DNA of 41,187 bases, taken from the NCBI GenBank assembly GCA_900617105.1, contig UYFQ01000541.1, positions 62,001 to 103,187 of the forward strand, in the 5' to 3' direction. Shown piece by piece: positions 33,397-41,187 of the stretch (position 1 is the stretch's first letter; each line of letters begins with the position of its first letter). A model generated the notes under the pieces. That model searched no databases, was not told the origin of the DNA, and saw only the letters and a program-made list of their open reading frames with translations. Position numbers and translations under genes: made by a program. This DNA is from Hydrurus foetidus (lineage: Eukaryota).

Positions 33397-35013
33397 GTGA
33401 CTAAAAAGAATTTAGCTTTTGTGTTTTCCGTAAGATGGAATCGTAGTCCTATATTAGCTTTTATAAGTTCACATATAGTTGATTATCCAACCCCAGTCAA
33501 CTTAAATTACATGTGGAGTTTCGGTTCCACAGCAGGTTTATGCCTTGTTATTCAGATAGTCACAGGTATCTTTCTAGCCATGCATTATACACCACATGTA
33601 GATCTAGCATTTAGTAGTGTTGAGCATATTATGCGTGATGTAAATAATGGATGGCTTATCAGATACATACACGCAAACGGAGCTTCAATGTTTTTCGTTG
33701 TTGTTTACTGTCACATATTTAGAGGGTTGTACTATGGATCTTATATGTATCCTAGAGGGTTGTTATGGGCAAGTGGAGTTCTTATCTTTTTATTAATGAT
33801 GGCAACTGCTTTCATGGGTTATGTTTTACCGTGGGGACAAATGAGCTTTTGGGGGGCTACCGTTATAACAAATCTTTTTTCTGCAATACCTCTGGTAGGT
33901 TTTTCGATCGTTGAGTGGCTATGGGGAGGTTTTTCAGTAGATAACGCTACTCTCAATAGATTTTTTAGTTTACACTATTTGATGCCTTTTTTGATTGCGG
34001 GTTTGACTCTAGTTCATTTAAGCTTACTTCATAAAGAGGGATCAAATAATCCATTAGGAATAAACACAGCAATTGACACTGTTTCATTTTATCCCTATTT
34101 TTATGTAAAAGATCTTTTTTCTTTTCTAATTTTAGTTTTCATTTTTGCATTGTTTTTGTTCTTCTATCCAAATGCATTAGGTCACGCGGATAATTATACC
34201 CCAGCAAATCCGCTAGTGACTCCACCTCATATTGTTCCTGAGTGGTACTTTTTACCCTTTTATGCCATTTTGAGGTCTGTTCCTGACAAATTAGGTGGAG
34301 TTGCCGCGATGATTAGTGCAATATTAGTCTTGTTTTTGTTACCGATCATAAATACTTCTGAAATTAGAAGTAGTAAGTTTCGACCTATTTTTCGATGCAT
34401 ATATTGGTTTTTAGTTTCAGACTTTATAATCTTAGGTTGGATTGGTCAAAAACCCGTAGAGAGTCCATTTATAGAAGTTGGTATGTGTGCGACAATTTTC
34501 TATTTTCTTTTTATGCTTGTGTTGGTACCATCGATAGGAATACTTGAAAAGCACGTAATTGAAATGAAAAATCTTGACATTGACCTTCGTAGCAGATGGG
34601 GAATACACAAGCACGACTACAAAAATCATACTTGGGTTCGCAGTAACAAATATCCTTGGTTTCCTTTTATGAAAGGAGAACGCGAAGGACTCTACAATAT
34701 TGAATATAAAGCAATGCTACCTTTATTCAATTTTGGACCAGAAGATCCTAGAGCTAGTAAAAAAACTCAATATAAAATAAACGGGACGCCTGTTTCAGTA
34801 AATTTTCCGGACGGACACCCAGATGATATTACCGCGATAAACGATCATGCCAGATTCATACATAGAGCTTACTTTTATAGTGATGAACTAGTAGATCCCA
34901 AGCTATTTGAGCAGCCTGTGCCTGCAATGCTTGCAACGATCCTCGCTTTTTTGCTATGGATAACATTCAAGTTAGCTAAATTAGCGCTAAGATTATTTTA
35001 CTTCTATTATTAG
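33397..35013 (+). CDS. cob: Apocytochrome b with ~149-aa C-terminal extension; non-ATG start
   Basis: [30 protein letters not shown] and PEWYFLP motifs. The frame stays open to 35013. Confidence 0.97.
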   Translation: MTKKNLAFVFSVRWNRSPILAFISSHIVDYPTPVNLNYMWSFGSTAGLCLVIQIVTGIFLAMHYTPHVDLAFSSVEHIMRDVNNGWLIRYIHANGASMFFVVVYCHIFRGLYYGSYMYPRGLLWASGVLIFLLMMATAFMGYVLPWGQMSFWGATVITNLFSAIPLVGFSIVEWLWGGFSVDNATLNRFFSLHYLMPFLIAGLTLVHLSLLHKEGSNNPLGINTAIDTVSFYPYFYVKDLFSFLILVFIFALFLFFYPNALGHADNYTPANPLVTPPHIVPEWYFLPFYAILRSVPDKLGGVAAMISAILVLFLLPIINTSEIRSSKFRPIFRCIYWFLVSDFIILGWIGQKPVESPFIEVGMCATIFYFLFMLVLVPSIGILEKHVIEMKNLDIDLRSRWGIHKHDYKNHTWVRSNKYPWFPFMKGEREGLYNIEYKAMLPLFNFGPEDPRASKKTQYKINGTPVSVNFPDGHPDDITAINDHARFIHRAYFYSDELVDPKLFEQPVPAMLATILAFLLWITFKLAKLALRLFYFYY

Positions 35014-35016
35014 ATT

Positions 35017-37074
35017 ATGAGCCAAAGGAATTCAGATTTATCAAATATTCAGCTATACATCAATAATGTAAAATTTAGAGTTAAATCTGATGTTTCGGTA
35101 TTGGAAGCTTCAAGTTTCGTCGGATTCAACATAAGTAGATTCTGTTATCACGAGAGTTTGTCCGTTGTGGGCACCTGTCGTATCTGTCTAGTCGAGATTG
35201 AGAAGTCGTTAAGACCGGCTGCCTCATGTGCGTTGCCCGTTATAAACAACATGCGAATTCACATTGATACGCCTTTAGTAAAAAAAGCTCGTGAGAACGT
35301 AATTGAAACTTTATTGATAAACCATCCTCTAGACTGCCCTATATGTGATCAAGCGGGAGAGTGCGATTTGCAAGATTTAACTAGAATATTCGGCGGAGTT
35401 TACAGTCGCAGCTTTGAGTCTAAACGAGTTGTAGAGGACAAAGATTGTGGTGTTTTAATTAAAACAATAATGACACGATGCATACATTGTACACGTTGCG
35501 TTCGATTTATTACAGAGATTGCTGGTACAAATGCTTTAGGAACTTTTAGCCGAGGTACATATACTGAAATCGGTGGTTATATTCCTGTTAATTTCAAGTC
35601 AGAACTTTCGGGAAACGTTATCGATTTATGCCCTGTTGGAGCTTTAACTTCAAAGTCATACGCCTTTAAGTCCAGACCCTGGGGCATGAGAATTCACGAA
35701 AGTATTGATCTAAGTGATAGTACTGGTAGCAACATATATGTTCATTTAAAAGAAGTAGAAATCCTTAGGGTTTTGCCTAAAAAAAACCACGAGATCAACG
35801 GAAATTTCATTTCGGATAAGTCTCGATTCACTCATGACGCAAATAAGCATAGCAGAATAAAAGATCCCACAAGACATTTTCTTGATGACAATACCAGAAA
35901 ATCCGATAAGATGAATTGGCAAAAATTCTTACTCGACATAGACATTATGATAAAACGAAAAATGCAAAAGATTCTACTCGTCGTTAATAATGATTTGGAT
36001 CTTGAGGCTATGAATGCTGCAAAAAAATTAACGTATCGTAGTAAAAATTTAATTGATATAAAAAGTTTAAACTCTGCTTCAGTCGATGAGAGTTCTTTTT
36101 TCGAAAGACAACCAACAAATCAAATATCCGATATTGATAACATAAAATCGCGTTTTTGTTTTTTACTTTCCTCTAATTTACGATTAGAAAGCTGTATTTT
36201 AAACGGAAAGCTTAGAGCAAAGTATTCTCATGAAGCTTTGAATATATACAGCTTAGGATATCACTTTTTGACAAGCCTAACTGCAGAGTTCATAACAATT
36301 GGAGTTTCTGGCCTAATTTGTTTTTTTGAAGGAAAAGCTAACTCTTCAAAAAAGTTCGTATCTAAGAGGGCACCTTTACTTTTCGTAGGTGAAAGTTTTA
36401 GAAAACGATTTGATCCCGTATCTTCTTTTGTTATGATGACAAAAGTAATCATGCCAACTTTAGTTCTATTCTTGATTGGTTCTTCATGTAATTCAAGTGG
36501 TGCATCTTTGATGAATCTCAGGTCTTTGAATAATCACGATGTTTACAAACGAGATATAATTGTCTTCATAAATGTTGACGATACCTCACCAATAAGATCT
36601 ACTTTTAGGCATAAAAACACAAAAATAATATACTGGTTGAATACTCACAACTCACAAATAATTCATGAAAGTCACTATACTTTACCCACAAAGAGTCTTT
36701 TTGAGTCAGAAGGAACTTTTTTAAACTTGGAAAACCGACCACAGAAAACCTTTAAAACATCTCACAAGATAAGTCCAAAACAAGGATTAAGATCCATCAA
36801 CTTAGTTTTTAAAGGTATTTTGGGAAGTTTTGCGGCTTCATCTTTTTTAAGTTACACAAGCGAGATCGTTGAAAAACCAAGACGGTTTTCTTACATGGAG
36901 AAGAAGTTTTGCAATCTTGCGTCGGAGAGGGTTAGTTATCTAACTACTAAACTAAACAATTACCCTATATTGTCATCTATAGAAGACTTTCATACCAATG
37001 GATACTTTTCTAAGAATTCTTCTACAATGTTGCTATGCTCGAAAGAAGCTCGAATAGAGCAGAAAAGTTATTAA
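35017..37074 (+). CDS. nad11: NADH dehydrogenase subunit 11, single unsplit gene
   Basis: Fe-S motifs FCYH..LS..G.CR.C, HPLDCPICDQAGECDLQ, RCIHCTRCVRF and DLCPVGAL, plus C-terminal E.EGTFLNLE.RPQ in one 685-aa frame. Confidence 0.97.
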   Translation: MSQRNSDLSNIQLYINNVKFRVKSDVSVLEASSFVGFNISRFCYHESLSVVGTCRICLVEIEKSLRPAASCALPVINNMRIHIDTPLVKKARENVIETLLINHPLDCPICDQAGECDLQDLTRIFGGVYSRSFESKRVVEDKDCGVLIKTIMTRCIHCTRCVRFITEIAGTNALGTFSRGTYTEIGGYIPVNFKSELSGNVIDLCPVGALTSKSYAFKSRPWGMRIHESIDLSDSTGSNIYVHLKEVEILRVLPKKNHEINGNFISDKSRFTHDANKHSRIKDPTRHFLDDNTRKSDKMNWQKFLLDIDIMIKRKMQKILLVVNNDLDLEAMNAAKKLTYRSKNLIDIKSLNSASVDESSFFERQPTNQISDIDNIKSRFCFLLSSNLRLESCILNGKLRAKYSHEALNIYSLGYHFLTSLTAEFITIGVSGLICFFEGKANSSKKFVSKRAPLLFVGESFRKRFDPVSSFVMMTKVIMPTLVLFLIGSSCNSSGASLMNLRSLNNHDVYKRDIIVFINVDDTSPIRSTFRHKNTKIIYWLNTHNSQIIHESHYTLPTKSLFESEGTFLNLENRPQKTFKTSHKISPKQGLRSINLVFKGILGSFAASSFLSYTSEIVEKPRRFSYMEKKFCNLASERVSYLTTKLNNYPILSSIEDFHTNGYFSKNSSTMLLCSKEARIEQKSY

Positions 37075-37572
37075 TTCAATTAAACGGATTTCCTAACTAT
37101 GTAATTAAAGAAATAAGGTATGCGCGATTTCATTTAATGGACTAAATATTCAAAGTAAAACAAGTTATTTTTACAAAGTCTAATTTTGAACCAATGACAA
37201 ATAGACGCCAAATTTGTGTTTGAAGCAGATTTTTTGACAATTCAAATCTCTTGAATGACTACTTAGTTCAAAAACTGTTTATATTTCATCGACTTTTTAT
37301 TAAGGTATGAGTTTATCTTATAAGAAGGATTATGAACCAACGTTCATGAAACTCTTAATGGCTTGCAAATTTAAACGAGTTGTAAAAAAAGTGGGCTTCA
37401 TGACAAAGGTCACTTATCTCCCTCTGGAAAACGTAAAACAGTTTCTCTACGTATGAAACCTAGTCTTCAAACAAAGAAATTAACCCTTTCCCCTTCTTTC
37501 TTAGATTAATTTTGAATTAACTTACATGAGTTTTTATCTAGGTTCTAGAATTAAGAAGAATCAAGCGAAAGT

Positions 37573-37989
37573 CTAAAATCGAAGTTTTATCAAACATATA
37601 AATAATGTGACTTTAACTTTCATCAAAAGAGATAGATTATTAACACAAATTAGGGCGTAGGTCTTATTTTTCATGATAAGATTATTTTTTTTTACCAAAA
37701 CAAAAGATGAAAATCCTCGACTAGAATCTTTTAAATTTAAATCACTTAGTTTATCATAATAAGTCTTCACTAAAGCTGGGAGTTTAAGAAACAACTTTGT
37801 TTGTAGATTTATGCTTAAACCAACTTCTAAGGCGTTACTTCCAATCAAATGACTTGCATGACGTGTTTTAATATTTGAACTTTTTTGTAATGAACTTTCT
37901 AATACAAAATAGGAATCTTTCGCTTCAGTGTAGATTTGAATTATGCTTTTTTTAAGCAATTTTTTTAACTTAGGCGACATGTACAACAT
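37573..37989 (-). CDS. Hypothetical 138-aa protein (possibly a divergent Atp4/b-subunit-like ORF)
   Basis: Open ATG..TAG frame co-oriented with the ribosomal protein cluster, Lys/Leu-rich. No diagnostic motif seen. Confidence 0.35.
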   Translation of the reverse strand: MLYMSPKLKKLLKKSIIQIYTEAKDSYFVLESSLQKSSNIKTRHASHLIGSNALEVGLSINLQTKLFLKLPALVKTYYDKLSDLNLKDSSRGFSSFVLVKKNNLIMKNKTYALICVNNLSLLMKVKVTLFICLIKLRF

Positions 37990-38043
37990 AAAAGCATTTT
38001 TCTACAAAAAATTTCTAATTTGATTTTTTACAAACGAATATTA

Positions 38044-38989
38044 TCAAATCCTACGCTTGAAACATTCAAACTTTTTGATTAATTCTAATTTAGTTAATTT
38101 AGCACGCGTTTTCTTTCTAGAAGAGTTTGTTGAGTGGAATATAATCTTAGGCAACAATCGAGTAGAATCATGAGATTTCTTTTTTCTACTCAAAACAAAG
38201 TTATTCCTTCTGAATCGAAAAACTTTAGTAAAAGTTTTGATAACAAAACGTAATCTTGGAGGAGATGAGACAAACCAGCGAAACCTTTGATATTCAACAA
38301 GAGATTTGAAAGCAAGTCGACTTTTGCTGCATTTTTTACGTCCTATTTTAAGCATTTTGTTAAACTGAGTTTCTGGCAAAAAACCACGAAAACCAGAAGA
38401 ATAGCACGAAAAACCCCCTTTTTCTGCATTAAGCAATATAAGGCTATTCTCTCTTTCTTTTATTCTCCCTGTAATCAAAGTTCTAATTCCTTTCAAAAAT
38501 AAGTTGACAAATTGATTCGGTCGACAAATCCTGAATTGTGCTATTTCGAATCTTATGAAATTACTTTTTCTACTTTTGTAGATATGAATTGTTGTATAAG
38601 AAGAGTTACCTTTATGTCCTCGCTTTTTGAACTGCTCTCGACTTTGTATCTTATTAATAATTTCTAAACTGTGTAGGGGTCCCTGTCCCTTGCTTTTTTC
38701 TATTTTTCGCCGAAGTTTTCGTCTAATGAGTTGCTCTTTTCTGCGTCTTCTATATCTTGCGCTCACTAGAACTGCTTTTAGTTTGTGCGTAGCGTAGTAA
38801 TACTTACGTCTTTTTCGTCTTTTCTTTTCAATAAAAACTGTTTGTTATTTTCTACTCTGTGTAGACGACTAGAATCTAGTAAAACGTTTCTAACGTATGA
38901 CTTCTCATACAATTTTGAGTTGCATACTTTCTTATCAACAATTTCGTTTAAAACATGTTTTTCCTTAGAGAGTATTTCTTTCAAAACAT
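38044..38989 (-). CDS. ~315-aa basic protein with S1-domain motif (Rps1-like), two 1-nt frameshifts
   Basis: LLNAEKGGFSCYSSGFRGFLPETQ resembles the S1 repeat consensus KGG+.V...GLRGF+P.SQ. Adding one base at 38983-38986 and one at 38820-38823 joins ATG 38989 and the 68-aa and 240-aa ORFs. Confidence 0.6.
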
Positions 38990-38997
38990 ACAGTCGT

Positions 38998-39410
38998 TCA
39001 ATTTGTTATTATTCTAGCTTTTATATTCAATCTTTTTTTAGTGCTATCAATAACTTTTTAGCGGAATCAACGTCGTCTGTGATGATTTCACATAATGTAA
39101 ACCCAGGTCTTACTTTGAAAACCCAGTGATCGACACTCCCTTTTCCTTTACCCATGCGAATAGCAATAGGTTTTCGGCTGATAGGCGTGCTTGGGAAAGA
39201 GTGAATCATCAAACGACCCCATTTTTTTACTTGCTTATTTATAACTTTTTTTATTGCCTCAACTTGTTTAGAGTTTAATCTACCAAAAGAGATTGCTTTT
39301 AAACCGATTGAACCAAAATGCAAACAATTTAAACCATTTGAACTTTTTATGGAATTGAAAAACTTTCCTTTTTGTTGTTTTTTAAACTTTGAATTTTTAG
39401 GAATAAACAT
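38998..39410 (-). CDS. rpl16: Ribosomal protein L16 (1-nt frameshift at 3' end)
   Basis: PK..KFKKQQKG and RMGKGKG. Adding one base at the T7 run 39033-39039 restores RLNIKARIITN*. Confidence 0.97.
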
Positions 39411-39416
39411 AATTTT

Positions 39417-40248
39417 TTAAATTCTATAAACCCAAGCTTTGAAACCGAAAACTCCATACAAAGTATATACGTCAAACTTGGCAAAGATGATATCTTTTGC
39501 TATAGTAGAGTTCGGCACGCGACCAAAAAGGCTGCAATTGGAGCTTGCTCTTGCTTTACCTTTAAGTTTACCATTCAAAACAAATTTTAAACCTTTGATC
39601 TTAGATTTAGCAGACGCCAATCTTTTTACTTTAGACGAATAAACTATTAAGTCGAAAACCGTTCTTAAAAAAAGTAAGAATCTACCGTGTGTTCTCTTTT
39701 GGACGAGCTTAAAGATTAAACCTAAAAACGAAAGGTATACTTTTAAAGAGAAGAAGTCTTCGCTAAATAAAGAACTTGCCTTGAGGAAATCAATGAAAAA
39801 GTTAAAACGCCTTAAAAATAAGACTCCAACGAATCTTTTCAACTTATTGTAAAAAAAACAAACTAGTTTCCGGTTTACTTTTTATTAATCACATTCAATT
39901 TCAAGATAACAAGATTACTTTTAACAAGCTAAACTCTCGTGCCAAAAATCTACTTATTTTGTTTCTGACGCTCCAAAAATGTGAATTCTTTACACTTTTT
40001 AAAGACTTTTTCCTATAATGGGTTAATTTGGAAACCTTAAAGAATACGTTTAAATCCAAATAAACTTTGTTGCTAACGAAATTTATTTGATTTCCAGTTA
40101 GTAGAATATTTTTCTTTTTCAAAAGTTGTTCAAAAGACTTTAAAAACCTTAATCCATGTAAGAACTTTATCGACTCTTTTTCATTACCTGCAAAATTTAA
40201 ACTGTTTTGCTTTTTTTTCAAAGTTAACACATTAGACTTCTGTCCCAT
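39417..40248 (-). CDS. rps3: Ribosomal protein S3 (two 1-nt frameshifts)
   Basis: MGQKSN start and IKGLKF..NGKLKG..RA...TLYGVFGFKAW end. Joined by adding one base at 39919-39922 and one at 39879-39883. Confidence 0.93.
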
Positions 40249-40516
40249 AAGATTTTATTTTTTTTCGATAAGGATTTTTTGTTTTTGATGCTTTTAGTTG
40301 AAGCTTACGAGTAAATGAAAATTCTCCAAGTTTAAAACCAATTTTTTCTTTTGTAATTATAACTCGTCTAAACTCTTTTCCATTATGAACGCAAACGATA
40401 GTGTTAACCAGTTTGTTAGGTATGACAGAAGATCGCAACCAAAGATTAGGATATAATTTTTTTTTAGTTAATGTATGACAGTCCATAAAGGGACCTTTCC
40501 ATTTTGCTCTACTCAT
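40232..40516 (-). CDS. rps19: Ribosomal protein S19
   Basis: MSRAKWKGPF, VHNGKEF and GFKLGEFSFTRK. ATGA overlap with the rpl2 stop. Confidence 0.97.
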   Translation of the reverse strand: MSRAKWKGPFMDCHTLTKKKLYPNLWLRSSVIPNKLVNTIVCVHNGKEFRRVIITKEKIGFKLGEFSFTRKLQLKASKTKNPYRKKIKSYGTEV

Positions 40517-41187
40517 CTTTTTTTAATAACTGTGGGTTTTCCCTTAGTCGGGATGCCCCAAGGAGTTACAGAAGGTCTTCCTCCATTGGTTCTTCCTCCG
40601 TGCGGATGGTCAACAGGATTCATCGCAATCCCTCTAACGCTAGGACGGATTCCTAAAAGTCTGCTCCGCCCGGCTTTTCCTAAATATATTGACGAATATT
40701 GAAAATTTGAAATAATTCCCATAGTACCAAAAGAATTAATAGGAGTTTTTTTTATAAGACCAGACGGAAGTCTTACTCTACATATATTCAAGTCTTTTTG
40801 AATGACTTGAAAATAAAGACCTGCAGATCTTACGTATTTTATCTTAGAGTTTAGACTTAGACTATGAAGTATAGATCCCGGCGGCACATGTTCGAGATCT
40901 GTTCTATTTCCCAATTTCAAATCAACTTTTTTTCTGTTACACTCCTGTAACGAACCAGGCCCAACTCCAGCCGTGGATATGATTCGAAAAAAGGTATTTG
41001 AAACAAAGTCGAAATTTAACGAGATAAACGAGTTACGATAAGGATCGTACATTATTGAGATGACAACACTTTTTCTTCTTATATCTGAAAATTCTAAGAC
41101 TCTAAACTTTTTTTTGCAACCTCCTCCAAGATGACGAGTCGTAATTCGACCTGTTTCAGAACTTCGTCCTTAAAACCTTCTAAATCC
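40513..41187 (-). CDS. rpl2: Ribosomal protein L2 (5' part outside window)
   Basis: GRITTRHLGGG.K, YDPYR and RPSVRGIAMNPVDHPHGG. The frame extends upstream of the listed ATG, with one in-frame TAA at 41170-41172. Confidence 0.96.

Noticed and set aside
22524..40248. Nuclear mitochondrial insertion (NUMT) or genuinely pseudogenised respiratory genes
   Set aside because: Lesions are single-base deficits in homopolymers, with conserved downstream protein and no scattered stops. This fits sequencing error better than decay.
41170..41172. In-frame TAA in rpl2 as stop-codon recoding or editing
   Set aside because: TTTTAA versus a plausible TTTAAA is a homopolymer-boundary miscall 15 nt from the window end, and TAA is a normal stop elsewhere.

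Overview
The window is about 41 kb of an AT-rich stramenopile mitochondrial genome, most likely a diatom. It uses the standard genetic code (TGA is a stop) and carries tatC, diatom-type rpl5/rps11 and an unsplit nad11. Recognisable genes are rns, cox1, cox2, cob, atp9, nad1, nad2, nad4, nad5, nad7, nad9, nad11, tatC, rpl2 (partial), rpl5, rpl16, rps3, rps10, rps11, rps19 and seven tRNAs. There are two large tandem arrays: about 5.4 x 450 bp at the left end, and about 5 x 1.28 kb starting inside the atp9 3' end. Nine single-base deficits in homopolymer runs break nad2, nad4, nad5, nad7, rps3, rpl16 and one ORF; these look like unpolished long-read errors. The most unusual elements are: (1) an intact, GC-richer 333-aa ORF abutting rns that is a highly diverged paralogue of the N-terminal half of Nad5 and has lost the proton-channel residues; (2) a 149-aa C-terminal extension on cytochrome b ending in an extra membrane helix; (3) a ~315-aa basic ORF with an S1-domain motif (Rps1-like) after rpl16; (4) a 50-aa membrane-plus-amphipathic peptide ORF kept intact in all five copies of the 1.28-kb repeat; (5) several decayed copies of gene ends and tRNAs, pointing to repeated duplication and loss. 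All assignments are by eye; no searches were run.
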